Positions 1 through 9,750 of a stretch of DNA of 64,000 bases are shown here, piece after piece (position 1 is the stretch's first letter; every line of letters starts with the position of its first letter). A program made the translations under genes and the position numbers. Source of the DNA: a virus (taxonomy: Duplodnaviria; Heunggongvirae; Uroviricota; Caudoviricetes); the IMG/VR virus record IMGVR_UViG_3300031354_000001, positions 11,120 to 75,119 of that record. One strand, 5' to 3'. A model generated the notes under the pieces. The model was not told the DNA's origin. It was given only the letters and a program-made list of their open reading frames with translations, and searched no databases.

Positions 1-142
1 TGGCTGGTGACGGAGAATCTCTTACAATCTCGCCACCGTCATGGCCTATCAATTTTTCAAGTTCTTCAATTGTACAATCCATTGCCATAGCTGCCGCGGC
101 TATGACACAATTCCAGGGTTTCGTCGCTTTTATTAGTTTCAT
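1..142 (-). CDS. hypothetical protein; N-terminal 47 aa only, gene runs past the window start
   Basis: ATG at 142-140 overlaps (ATGA) the stop of the 97-aa ORF. Frame stays open to the window edge; reads MKLIKATKPWNCVIAAAAMAMDC... Confidence 0.35.
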   Translation of the reverse strand, partial: MKLIKATKPWNCVIAAAAMAMDCTIEELEKLIGHDGGEIVRDSPSPA

Positions 143-432
143 GAGTCAGTTTCAATAAAATTTGCTTTGATATTTGCCTCACGCATTAAAGGCATTATTT
201 TAGTTTTAAAACATATAGGACAAATATCATATCTTGTTATATCTGAATAACTTCCACCATCTCTATCAGCAAAACAGTATTCATGAAACAAAGCTGTATA
301 ATCTGAAAAATTCCACCGTATTACATTGTCGTGCTCAATCACATCAATAAATTCTTTACCGCAACAATCACATACTACTTTTTCTATTTTTTCTATTTTG
401 CTTTCAACAACTACTTCTTTTTTAATTATCAT
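139..432 (-). CDS. small Cys-rich zinc-ribbon-like protein
   Basis: CDCCGKEF ... CPICF cysteine pairs; 97 aa; coupled to neighbouring genes. Confidence 0.45.
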   Translation of the reverse strand: MIIKKEVVVESKIEKIEKVVCDCCGKEFIDVIEHDNVIRWNFSDYTALFHEYCFADRDGGSYSDITRYDICPICFKTKIMPLMREANIKANFIETDS

Positions 433-682
433 GCTTTAATGTCTCACTATATCCGCCAATTATTGTTGCATATCTTATTATAGTGTCATTCCAATAACAA
501 TTGTAACTAGATACAATTATTCTTGATTCAAAATACTCAGACCTTGAGCTAACGAATGCAAATTCACATAGCATAATACTCGCTCCATATACTGACCATT
601 GCTGAAAATAAAATCCATCTTCGGCACAATATCAACAAACCACTCTAATGGACACGACCAAATAAGCCACGCAAATAATCTA

Positions 683-1186
683 TTAAGATTTGTGGGTGTC
701 AGAAACATTCTCTAATAATTCCTTCTCAATTTCAATTGCATTATTACCAAGAATATTCTTTAAATTTGATGGAATATTACAAGCAATAATGATAACTTCT
801 TTCTGATAATCGTCAATCAATGATTTTATAATCGGCATGATATCTGGATTGGAACTACAAATCACAATTGTCGATGCTTCATCTTTAATTGTATCTACCG
901 CAATCGATCCTACCCAATTACAACGCTTGATATTACGCTCTTCGACTTTAAGAATATATGGTCGCTTGTATTTCGTCTTGAATCCCACTGATCTTAAGTA
1001 ACCAATGAATGATGCTGCCTCATTATTATCTTGACAACCATATGCTACCGCGGTCGCTACTTCTTTTCCAGTGATCTCTTTTACTTTGTCCAAATATTTT
1101 ACATAGTCGAGCTTACCACTACCGAATGTACGATGTAATTTGTAATATAAATCGGTAATATCGACGAATACTGATACTTTATTCAC
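683..1186 (-). CDS. NYN-domain (LabA/PIN-like) putative ribonuclease
   Basis: N-terminal VFVDITDLYY plus IVICSSNPDIMPIIKSLIDDYQKEVIIIA match the NYN pattern (vFiDgeNlyy ... SgDsDf.pl...l...gk.v.vi). Confidence 0.55.
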   Translation of the reverse strand: MNKVSVFVDITDLYYKLHRTFGSGKLDYVKYLDKVKEITGKEVATAVAYGCQDNNEAASFIGYLRSVGFKTKYKRPYILKVEERNIKRCNWVGSIAVDTIKDEASTIVICSSNPDIMPIIKSLIDDYQKEVIIIACNIPSNLKNILGNNAIEIEKELLENVSDTHKS

Positions 1187-1811
1187 GTTTTAATTCCTTA
1201 GAAATAGATGCACCATGACTTGTGCCAATAATATCAGCACCATTATTAATAAATTCTTGTGCAGTAACTAATGTACTAATACCACCAGAAGCTTTGATTT
1301 TTAAACCACCTAATTTCTTCCATAATTTTACTGTCTGTATATCGGCACCTGGAGAGTAACCAGTTGATGTTTTAATATACTGGGCACCACTATCTTTTAC
1401 AATTGAATGGGCAATTTTTAGTTGTTCATTTGTAAGATATCCTGATTCGACGATTACTTTTGTCGTTACCCCAAGGTTAACGATTCTAGCGAGTTCTGTT
1501 GTTACTCTTAGATACTCTTTACTTAAAAATGCACCTAAATCCCAAACAACATCAAGTTCAGTTGCACCTTCAGTTAATGCTATTTCTGCTTCTTTTATTT
1601 TTACTGCACTTCGATGGAAGCCCAATGGAAATCCTATTACCGTTGCTATTTGATAATATGAATATTTTAATAATTGTGATGCTTGTTTTACATAAGTTGG
1701 TGGAACACATACACCACGAAACCCATATTCGTCACATTCTTGGCAAAGTCTAAATATATCATTACTAGTTGCCATTGATTTTAAAAGCGTATGGTCAATC
1801 TTATCATTCAT
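1179..1811 (-). CDS. deoC: deoxyribose-phosphate aldolase
   Basis: TIM-barrel DeoC motifs: VCVPP, IATVIGFPLG, YIKTSTGYSPGA, KIKASGGI (Schiff-base Lys region). Confidence 0.7.
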   Translation of the reverse strand: MNDKIDHTLLKSMATSNDIFRLCQECDEYGFRGVCVPPTYVKQASQLLKYSYYQIATVIGFPLGFHRSAVKIKEAEIALTEGATELDVVWDLGAFLSKEYLRVTTELARIVNLGVTTKVIVESGYLTNEQLKIAHSIVKDSGAQYIKTSTGYSPGADIQTVKLWKKLGGLKIKASGGISTLVTAQEFINNGADIIGTSHGASISKELKRE

Positions 1812-2238
1812 AGAAGAACCAATTTATTTCTTTCTCTGCTTGTGTTGCACTATCACTACAATGCACGCAATTATACATATTTTCTAATCCAAAGTCCCCA
1901 CGAATTGTACCTGGATAAGGAATATCTTTTCCAACAATTGCTTTTACCTGTTCTACCGCGCCTTCTCCAACAATTGTTAATCCAATCAATGGATTAGATA
2001 GAAATTCCTTCATGTTTTTAAAAACGTCTTCAGGTACGTGTCCATACATCTTTTTGTACCAAGTGTCGTCTTTTTTTAATAATGCAATTCCAGTGATTCT
2101 AAGATATTTATCCTCAAATCGTTGGATTATTCTTCCAATCAATCCACGCTCAATTGCATCAGGTTTTATTATTACGAGTGTTGTTTCCATTATAGCACCT
2201 TTACTAATACTTCTGCCGCTAAATAGCAAAAATACCAT
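1804..2238 (-). CDS. ndk: nucleoside diphosphate kinase
   Basis: TLVIIKPDAIERGLIGRIIQRFE, YPGTIRGDFG, NCVHCSDSATQAEKEI (active-site His); 144 aa, typical NDK length. Confidence 0.85.
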   Translation of the reverse strand: MVFLLFSGRSISKGAIMETTLVIIKPDAIERGLIGRIIQRFEDKYLRITGIALLKKDDTWYKKMYGHVPEDVFKNMKEFLSNPLIGLTIVGEGAVEQVKAIVGKDIPYPGTIRGDFGLENMYNCVHCSDSATQAEKEINWFFYE

Positions 2239-2308
2239 ATGAAAGCTACCATAAATGGTAGTGCCATAATAGCTCCTACAATTAATAATATTAATAGTAA
2301 ATTTTCTT

Positions 2309-2662
2309 TCATTTGTTCATATTCGGTATTTTAAGATACGTCCACCAATTGGGTGGCTGGAATAATTTCTGATATTCGTGCTCGGTGGCCGCTGTAAGAA
2401 CCCAAACACCGACACCTTCAGCGGACAATCTCGGAAACACTTCAAGTTGGCTCGCTTCAAAGCGATAATGCTCTGGATTCTTAACTTCAACCCACCGAGT
2501 ACCATATTTGCGTTGGGCGATATATAAGTCGGGCATACCAGTTTGAAACGTTGATCCATGAATAACTTTTACAAACCAACCGCGTGCCCTGAGAAACTTA
2601 ATTAAATCTTCTTGGATTTTTGCCTCGGGGCCTTTGCGTTTAATGATTTTACCCCGATTCAT
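2309..2662 (-). CDS. VRR-NUC domain (PD-(D/E)XK) nuclease
   Basis: IQEDLIKFLRARGWFV ... GMPDLYI ... RWVEVKNPE fits the VRR-NUC core (G.PDl ... E.K). Confidence 0.55.
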   Translation of the reverse strand: MNRGKIIKRKGPEAKIQEDLIKFLRARGWFVKVIHGSTFQTGMPDLYIAQRKYGTRWVEVKNPEHYRFEASQLEVFPRLSAEGVGVWVLTAATEHEYQKLFQPPNWWTYLKIPNMNK

Positions 2663-2886
2663 TTTTGTAATTCCAATCTAGCCAACGCCAATAATGATAT
2701 TACCATCTTTAACGCTTGGTCTTGTTCTTGTGGTGAAAAATGCAGCTTAGCCAGTTCTTCGTTTGCTCTTGTTATATAATATTGATAATTTCCTACATCG
2801 GCAATAATTGCCATACCGCGGTCATTCTTAGGGGTAAAAACAGATTCTCTAAGAATCTTCGATAAGTTAGCTTTTGTAATTTTCAT
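2659..2886 (-). CDS. hypothetical protein
   Basis: 75-aa ORF coupled to its neighbours. Confidence 0.4.
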   Translation of the reverse strand: MKITKANLSKILRESVFTPKNDRGMAIIADVGNYQYYITRANEELAKLHFSPQEQDQALKMVISLLALARLELQK

Positions 2887-3089
2887 TGTAGTTTCTCTCT
2901 AAGATAATTAAGGAGTCTAAACCATAACCCAATAATATGAATCTGGCCTTCAACTATAAAGAATATTGGCCACAAAATTGTAACCATAAAGAATTCTGTC
3001 TCTTGATCTTCACTTTGACCTTTTATTAAATACACTATATTAGCTAAAATAAAACCAATAACAAAATAAATAACAATATAAATAATCAT
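2883..3089 (-). CDS. small membrane protein
   Basis: two hydrophobic segments; ATGA-type coupling. Confidence 0.35.
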   Translation of the reverse strand: MIIYIVIYFVIGFILANIVYLIKGQSEDQETEFFMVTILWPIFFIVEGQIHIIGLWFRLLNYLREKLQ

Positions 3090-3283
3090 TATAGTTTCTC
3101 TTTTATAAAATCAAATAATAGTATACTAAATAAAATAATTGCAAAAATAATAAGAATAATAAATAATGGTAGCCAACTAATAGCAATAAAAATAAATTCT
3201 ATTGTTCTTTTATAATCTATTGGGTGCATTATTAATGCAAAAATAATACCAAGAACAAAATATACAATAATTATTTGCGACAT
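3089..3283 (-). CDS. small membrane protein
   Basis: 64 aa, almost entirely hydrophobic (two predicted TM segments). Confidence 0.35.
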   Translation of the reverse strand: MSQIIIVYFVLGIIFALIMHPIDYKRTIEFIFIAISWLPLFIILIIFAIILFSILLFDFIKEKL

Positions 3284-3660
3284 ACATCACCACGCATTGT
3301 ATCAAGCATTTCTAAGTCTCGGGGACGGTTTTTACCAAACAATCTCGGACGCTTACATCTCCATAATTTAATTACATCTCTTCCAGCTTCTGATAATAAT
3401 ATCTGTTCACGAAAATCTTCGAAGCCATGCATTCTATATCTTTTCCAAATATTTTCAGGTAATAGATTCCATATTCGCAATAATTCTTGAAATTCATTAG
3501 ATACAAAAATATCATGTAGCCAATCAAATGCCACATTACAAGTTTTTATTAGATGATGGCCGCACCTCATATTTATTTGTTCAACTGGAATACCTATTTC
3601 AACTAATACTGGGCGCATTTGATCTAATAAATCCTCAATGCTTGTCCGTGCATCCTTCAT
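3271..3660 (-). CDS. hypothetical protein
   Basis: 129-aa ORF in a coupled gene string. Confidence 0.45.
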   Translation of the reverse strand: MKDARTSIEDLLDQMRPVLVEIGIPVEQINMRCGHHLIKTCNVAFDWLHDIFVSNEFQELLRIWNLLPENIWKRYRMHGFEDFREQILLSEAGRDVIKLWRCKRPRLFGKNRPRDLEMLDTMRGDVCRK

Positions 3661-3988
3661 TAGCTTGCCTTTCTTTTATTTCATTAATTAATTGCTCTTT
3701 AGATTTTCTGCTATAATTCTTTATATAGTAATTACTCGCCAATCTCCTTAAAGAATTTGTTGATAATTTACCGAGTTCGCCATGGATTTTATTATCAACT
3801 AATATCTTGACTTCATCAGGTTTTATCTTCTTTAAAAGAAATATTATTCTTTTACGCTCTTCATTAGAAAATAAATCCCAGGCTTCTAAAAACTCAAATG
3901 ACTGTACAATACGCTCTTGTCGCCTTGCTTGGATTAATTTCCTATGGTGAATTACCGCAATATCAATCCCTGTTATTTTTCGGCCCAT
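3635..3988 (-). CDS. hypothetical protein
   Basis: 117-aa ORF overlapping the start of the polymerase-downstream gene string. Confidence 0.45.
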   Translation of the reverse strand: MGRKITGIDIAVIHHRKLIQARRQERIVQSFEFLEAWDLFSNEERKRIIFLLKKIKPDEVKILVDNKIHGELGKLSTNSLRRLASNYYIKNYSRKSKEQLINEIKERQANEGCTDKH

Positions 3989-6180
3989 GAATTCATATCC
4001 TTATTCCATGTTATACTCAATAATGGTATGATATCTCGAAATGATTCTACCTTATTTTTAACAGTATTTTCTACATCATCGACCATTTCTGGTGTTGTTG
4101 GGCACATAACTTCGTCATGAATATTCATTGGCTGAACAAGCCATTTTGCTACGCCTGCTGGCTGCAAATCCCAAATAGCTCGTTGAACTTCCTTTGTTAT
4201 TGTTGCACCTTTACTCTGAATCTGATGATTAGCAGCTGCTCTAAGATTCTTAGCTTGGATGTTAAATGCTGCTGCATATAATGCCGATTGGACCGCACCA
4301 GCGGCGGTCTGCTGTCGGTCTTTACGCATCACTTTGGCTTTAACGTATTTCCATATCTTTGGTGGATCATTAGCCAAATCAAAAAGCATCTTACAGATTT
4401 TATTCTCAATATCGAAGTATCGTTTGAAACCTAAACCATTATCAACCCAGGGCTTAGGATCTTTCCATACTACCGCCGTCCCTATTCCAGCTGGCTGAGT
4501 CATTGAACAATAATCACTCTCAATTGTATCAAGGTATCGTTTGATTCCGGGATACTTTTTCATGAAGCCATTGAAAGCTTTTTCTGCCACTTTGGGATCA
4601 ACATCTAAAGGCTCGACCATTCCTTCCCAACCACCACCATACATAATTCGAAAGAATCCAGTCTTCCCATTTCCATATAGATCGTCTTCAGTTCCCTTTG
4701 TGGCAAGAATCTCTTCATACGTTAGATGAGGATATAATTCACAAGCAAATAGTCCATGTGGCGATTTTCCACTTATAATATCGGCTCTTAGATTTTCATC
4801 ATTATAGACAGACTCTGCAATACTAACCTCGAAGGCATCAAAGTCACCACCGCACAATTTATAACCATCACGCTTTAATTTAAATTTTTGTCTTATTTCT
4901 TTTGTGCCTTTAATTCCTTGTGCATTAAGATCATTGTCACCGGACATTCTCGAACTAAGAGCACCAATAACCCTGAATGAGGCATGGAATTTTCCTGCTT
5001 TTATGAGTTTGTCGAAAAGCTCTATTTCCTTTGTAGCGAAACGTGCATCTAAAACTTCTTGTGCCCGCTTCGCTGCTGGAGAATCCCATTCAATAATTGA
5101 TTTTAAAACGTCTTTTCCTGTTCCATTATTTAAAGCCATGGATTCTGTTTTGTCCATGACTTCAAGCAAATAACCTTTTACCGCGTTTGGTGCTGTCGGC
5201 GTCTTAGCTTTTCTTTTAGCTGCGGCTAAACGCAATTCCTTGATTTTTTCAATATCAATTTCAAATCCACGCCACCGAACCGCTGCCACCATACACGATA
5301 ACTCTGAATCGGTATCGCCAATCTCTGGTTCAAGATGATAATATAACTCGCGTGTATTGATTACATCATCAGCAGCATATTTCCTAGCAAGAGTATTATA
5401 TTCCCAATGGCTAATATGGTGTCGAATTACTTCCGGCCAAGCATTATTCCAGCGCCCAGGCCGTCCTACCGCTAAAGCAAATGGGGCATAACCAAATTCT
5501 TTTGGGTAGAATTTCTTAGATACTTCTACATCCGTGAATTTTAAAATCAAATCATCCTGTTTACCAAGAGCATATTTAGTCAATGTCTTCAAGCCTGTTG
5601 ACGGCCTGAAGTCTAGCTCCAAGTTTTTGAATGCAGGATTAATTGATCCATCAGGAAATTTAATATCACGAATGGCCCATCTTGGTCCACTAGGATCAGA
5701 CCGTTGAGAGAAATAGGCGTCATCGAGATCGGTAAGCTTTTCAAGTTCTTGACGTACCATTGATATTAATTGTGTCGGAATCCTTCTTATTGTTATTGGC
5801 TTCCGACGCATTAGGCATTGATATTTACCTTTACGGGCATGGAGCATTAAGTCACATGCGGCTTTAGGCTTTAGGCAGTAGCCATAATCTCGTGCCTTCT
5901 TTTCTGTTGTCGCTATTAAATCAATATTATCTTCGGGAATGAGATCAGGATCATCAAGCAACATAGAAAATGTTGACCAGATTTTAATAATATGGAACCA
6001 ATCGAATGCGAGATTAAACCCTACTACTTCCTGTGAAGCGATCCATTCTAATAGCTCAACTGATTCTGATATCGGATTCTTCCAGAAGTTATATAATTGG
6101 ACTGAACCATCATCGACAGCATATTGAATAATTACTGGTAGTCCATGGAATCCGCATGTCTCGGTGTCTAAGAAAATCAT
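3973..6180 (-). CDS. family-A DNA polymerase with N-terminal 3'-5' exonuclease
   Basis: N-terminal FLDTETCGF (DnaQ-like Exo I); C-terminal RAAANHQIQSKGA and NIHDEVMC (Pol A motifs B and C); 735 aa. Confidence 0.85.
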   Translation of the reverse strand: MIFLDTETCGFHGLPVIIQYAVDDGSVQLYNFWKNPISESVELLEWIASQEVVGFNLAFDWFHIIKIWSTFSMLLDDPDLIPEDNIDLIATTEKKARDYGYCLKPKAACDLMLHARKGKYQCLMRRKPITIRRIPTQLISMVRQELEKLTDLDDAYFSQRSDPSGPRWAIRDIKFPDGSINPAFKNLELDFRPSTGLKTLTKYALGKQDDLILKFTDVEVSKKFYPKEFGYAPFALAVGRPGRWNNAWPEVIRHHISHWEYNTLARKYAADDVINTRELYYHLEPEIGDTDSELSCMVAAVRWRGFEIDIEKIKELRLAAAKRKAKTPTAPNAVKGYLLEVMDKTESMALNNGTGKDVLKSIIEWDSPAAKRAQEVLDARFATKEIELFDKLIKAGKFHASFRVIGALSSRMSGDNDLNAQGIKGTKEIRQKFKLKRDGYKLCGGDFDAFEVSIAESVYNDENLRADIISGKSPHGLFACELYPHLTYEEILATKGTEDDLYGNGKTGFFRIMYGGGWEGMVEPLDVDPKVAEKAFNGFMKKYPGIKRYLDTIESDYCSMTQPAGIGTAVVWKDPKPWVDNGLGFKRYFDIENKICKMLFDLANDPPKIWKYVKAKVMRKDRQQTAAGAVQSALYAAAFNIQAKNLRAAANHQIQSKGATITKEVQRAIWDLQPAGVAKWLVQPMNIHDEVMCPTTPEMVDDVENTVKNKVESFRDIIPLLSITWNKDMNSWAEK

Positions 6181-6210
6181 TGTTGTGCCTTATCCAGGTC
6201 TTTTATTATT

Positions 6211-6444
6211 TTATAACTTCCTGTAGTCCTCGTATCCTTGTCCACTATAATTCCCAAGCTTTTCACAAGCAACAGTTACTATGTGTTCGGCGTACTTTTC
6301 AGTAACAAGTTTTTCAATAGTACCTATTGATACTATATCTTTAGGGTGATAATAAACATACTGGATATTATAAAATCTATTTATTTTAACTTCCTTGTTA
6401 GGGTCACACTTTTGTAGTTCTTCAATTAATTCTTTGACTGTCAT
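6211..6444 (-). CDS. hypothetical protein
   Basis: 77-aa ORF. Confidence 0.4.
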   Translation of the reverse strand: MTVKELIEELQKCDPNKEVKINRFYNIQYVYYHPKDIVSIGTIEKLVTEKYAEHIVTVACEKLGNYSGQGYEDYRKL

Positions 6445-6452
6445 TGGTATCT

Positions 6453-7370
6453 CTAATCATAAGCTCTTGTTAGGAAAGAAACATCATATTCACCACCAGC
6501 ATCCTCGACTTCCTTCTTAATATCATAATATAGCTCCGCTGAATTGATATTTCCATTAGCCCAGGCTAATGCCCGTGTTGTCAATCCATAACCTACGTGC
6601 TTACCAATGTGCTCAATCATCTCTTGTACATTGTTCTTAGACTGCCGCTTTTTGATAAATGGCTTTTCCTTTGGCTTTTTTCCAACATCGACACCCTTAA
6701 TACCGCGAATACGAGACTCTTTAATCTTCTTTACCGCCGCATATTGTTCGGCTTCATTATTCAAACCATAGATTTGCTTGATCTGGGCCTGATTAAGAAT
6801 TCCAGCAGCAGCTTCATCCTGAATTGCTTGCGGTAGTTCCAATAGATTAAATCGTACTTGAACCCACCCTCTTGATTTTTTCAATTCAAAAGAGATAGCG
6901 TCCTGGGTCATACCAAGATCTTTGAGTGCTTTTACCGCACCAGCTTCCTGCATAATATCTAATTCCGATCGAATCAAATTTTCTTTTAGATTCATAAGAC
7001 GGGCTTGAACTTCTGTAAGCCCTTCCTTAATCATTGCAGGGATTGTGTCCTTCTTCAGGATTTTAAAAGCGGTGAATCGGCGATGACCTGCTACAATTCG
7101 ATACTTTTTATCGCCATCCCAAGGCTGTACCGAGATAGGGGTTTGCAATCCATTTCGATCAATGTCGCGAGCCAGATCGGCTACATCCATAGGAAGAATT
7201 CTATTTCGAGAATTAAATTCATCATCACAGAATATATCTTCAAGTGGAATGAAATGTACCTCATATTCATTGATCATTTTTATTTCCTTGATAATTTCAT
7301 CACAGGTTTGATATTTACCGTTTCTAAAGTCTTCTAAAGATTGTTTAACGGTGTTTGGATTTGGATTCAT
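6453..7370 (-). CDS. ParB-like nuclease-domain protein (copy 1)
   Basis: ISVQPWDGDKKYRIVAGHRRFTAF is the ParB/Srx N-terminal domain with the GHRR motif. Confidence 0.6.
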   Translation of the reverse strand: MNPNPNTVKQSLEDFRNGKYQTCDEIIKEIKMINEYEVHFIPLEDIFCDDEFNSRNRILPMDVADLARDIDRNGLQTPISVQPWDGDKKYRIVAGHRRFTAFKILKKDTIPAMIKEGLTEVQARLMNLKENLIRSELDIMQEAGAVKALKDLGMTQDAISFELKKSRGWVQVRFNLLELPQAIQDEAAAGILNQAQIKQIYGLNNEAEQYAAVKKIKESRIRGIKGVDVGKKPKEKPFIKKRQSKNNVQEMIEHIGKHVGYGLTTRALAWANGNINSAELYYDIKKEVEDAGGEYDVSFLTRAYD

Positions 7371-7603
7371 AATTTATATTTAATATCCAATTTCATTGAG
7401 TCAATAGTTTTAAGTTTTGGCACATAAAAGAATTGAGATAATGGTTGTCCTTTTGCATCATGAATAAAAATAATTCCTTTAGAATCTGCACCTAGATTTA
7501 CACTATGTTTCTTACATAGTTCATTCAAATCTTCTATAAAATCAAATAACCTCCCTATCGGTTCAGTCAATAATGCACGGTCCTCAGGATTATAGCTACT
7601 CAT
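7367..7603 (-). CDS. hypothetical protein
   Basis: 78-aa ORF. Confidence 0.4.
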   Translation of the reverse strand: MSSYNPEDRALLTEPIGRLFDFIEDLNELCKKHSVNLGADSKGIIFIHDAKGQPLSQFFYVPKLKTIDSMKLDIKYKL

Positions 7604-7751
7604 GGTTGCCTCGGATAATCTAAATAGATTTTAGATTCATTGTCGTGGTTTATGATCTGTTCAATATCCATTGGTCCCTCATAACCCGCAATGAATATAA
7701 TATCATTTTCTTGTGGTAATTTAGATAATTTTTCAATTAATTCTTCGACAG

Positions 7752-8090
7752 TCATAGAATCCTCTTAGTAATAGGAAACTCTAAATCATAGACCAATCCA
7801 TTATCAGTTAATAGTGTAGCAAGTTCATTCGCTAATGTAACAACAAAATCTTCTTCGTCTTTGACCATTCGAGCTAATGCTTTATTTCTAAACATTATTG
7901 AATGTAATACTTCATGTATTAATGTCTCCAATGTCATTGATTCTCCATAACTGACAAATATTCTAATGATTTTATTCTCATAGTCAATGATGCCAAAGAA
8001 GTGTCCCTCAGTATCTACTTCATCATATTGCTCAACATATTCGATTTTATAATCGGTGCCTTTAATGCACAATGACGTTGGAAGTTTCAT
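7752..8090 (-). CDS. putative small HExxH metallopeptidase-like protein
   Basis: HEVLHSIMF contains an HExxH motif; 112 aa; weak call. Confidence 0.3.
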   Translation of the reverse strand: MKLPTSLCIKGTDYKIEYVEQYDEVDTEGHFFGIIDYENKIIRIFVSYGESMTLETLIHEVLHSIMFRNKALARMVKDEEDFVVTLANELATLLTDNGLVYDLEFPITKRIL

Positions 8091-8488
8091 TATAAGTTTT
8101 GCCTTAAGTATATTATTGCTGATTTTAGATATTCAATATTATCATCAAATAAACCTAATCCTTTATTGCATTTATGGCACAACAAACCCCTAATTTTATT
8201 TGTTTTATGGCAATGATCTACGGATAATTTATTTAAAGAGAATTGATTCCTTTGTGTTTCTTTCTTTCCACATATAGCACAAACTCCATTTTGTTTCTTC
8301 AATATTAAATTATATTTCATTAATGTTATACCGTGATTATTCATTAGACTATCTTCTAGCCTATTTCTCCCCTTAAAACAATCTATACACCAGCTATAGA
8401 ATCCATCTTTGCTTCTTATATCTTCATAAAATTTATAGTATTCTTTAAATTTCTTACATTTAGAGCAAATCTTTCCATTATCACTCAT
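8090..8488 (-). CDS. endonuclease VII-like (HNH-type) recombination endonuclease
   Basis: DHCHKTNKIRGLLCHKCNKGLG matches the Endo VII signature (DH.H.T..vRGLLC..CN..LG), plus upstream Cys pairs. Confidence 0.65.
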   Translation of the reverse strand: MSDNGKICSKCKKFKEYYKFYEDIRSKDGFYSWCIDCFKGRNRLEDSLMNNHGITLMKYNLILKKQNGVCAICGKKETQRNQFSLNKLSVDHCHKTNKIRGLLCHKCNKGLGLFDDNIEYLKSAIIYLRQNL

Positions 8489-9738
8489 TTTAAAATCACA
8501 CCATAGCGTTTAGGTCCAAGATGTTCCTTATCAGAACGCAGCTTGATATGCAATCTCCAAGTGACCCCTCGTTCCTTATGGACACCATGAACAATTTGTG
8601 TTGGCTCGGTAAATGATGATAGACTATTATAAACATACGGGCTTGTAGCCACCCATGTACCATTAATAATTGTCTCTCCATTAAGTGCAGCTTGTGTTGC
8701 CGGATTGTGGAAATGTCCAAAGCAAAAATACTGTACACCGCGATCAACAGCACAGTTCAATGCAGCTAATCTTCGTGTTTTCCGCTCAATGCCGTACCAA
8801 GGTATATTGTTAAATGACTTAATATCGTCGCCATGAGCTACATGAAAACCATGGCCCTCAATATCGAGATTAATTGAAAATGAATCAGGGATTATAAATT
8901 CTACGTTTTCTAAATCACGGGCATAAGCAAATGCTGTCTCTGCAACTAAGTAATCCCAGTTGTTTTTTGGATTATTGTGATCCTTCTTCGGTGTCCGACG
9001 ACCATGATTACCGGGAGTATAAATGATTTTAATATCGTCGAAGTAAGCCGCCAAGTCTCTAAGCATCAATGCGTGCATTTGGCCTGTTGATAGACAGTTC
9101 TTGAATGTATTCCGATGCTCGGTATGATCTTTGGCGTCATGGATTTCACCAGAAACGTGGTCACCATTTGCAAGAATAAATAGTGTACCAAAATTATACT
9201 GCTTTAGTGTATGCTGCGTGAATTTAATTAAGGAATCAACATACACTTCGGCACGCCGTAATGCAATACGCTCATTGTAATTCTCAAGGCCACCGACCTG
9301 ATGTGGCAGAACAATATCACAAGCATGTTCATCGGATAAGTGCATTACCAATGACTCGTGAATCTGTTTATCTTTCGTTTTTATTCGTGGTGCACGAGGT
9401 AGTGGCCTTATTGGCTTTACAGTGTCATGAATCTCTTCAGCAAGCGCTTGATAAATACTATTATTGCGTTGGGCTGCTTGATATGATTTTCTTAATGCTG
9501 CCCGTTCATCTTTCAGAGCAATTACTTTGGATTCCAATTCCAATATTCTTGCATTTGTTGGATCGGCCTTCGGTTTCACTTCCTTTGGTCTTTGAATCTT
9601 GTGCTTCTTCTTAACATTACCTATAGTACCTACGCTTACACCATGTTCATCGGCAATAGTTTTATGGCTCTTGGTTGTAGTTTCAAGTGCGTCCTTGATT
9701 TTATTCTCAGTCTCTTTACTCAACTTCTTTGTTGGCAT
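8485..9738 (-). CDS. HTH-containing metallophosphoesterase (calcineurin-like)
   Basis: N-terminal HGVSVGTIGNVKKKH (HTH-like); C-terminal LANGDHVSG, GNHGRR, HFHNP metallophosphatase motifs. Confidence 0.6.
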   Translation of the reverse strand: MPTKKLSKETENKIKDALETTTKSHKTIADEHGVSVGTIGNVKKKHKIQRPKEVKPKADPTNARILELESKVIALKDERAALRKSYQAAQRNNSIYQALAEEIHDTVKPIRPLPRAPRIKTKDKQIHESLVMHLSDEHACDIVLPHQVGGLENYNERIALRRAEVYVDSLIKFTQHTLKQYNFGTLFILANGDHVSGEIHDAKDHTEHRNTFKNCLSTGQMHALMLRDLAAYFDDIKIIYTPGNHGRRTPKKDHNNPKNNWDYLVAETAFAYARDLENVEFIIPDSFSINLDIEGHGFHVAHGDDIKSFNNIPWYGIERKTRRLAALNCAVDRGVQYFCFGHFHNPATQAALNGETIINGTWVATSPYVYNSLSSFTEPTQIVHGVHKERGVTWRLHIKLRSDKEHLGPKRYGVILK

Positions 9739-9750
9739 TTTCCAATTCCT

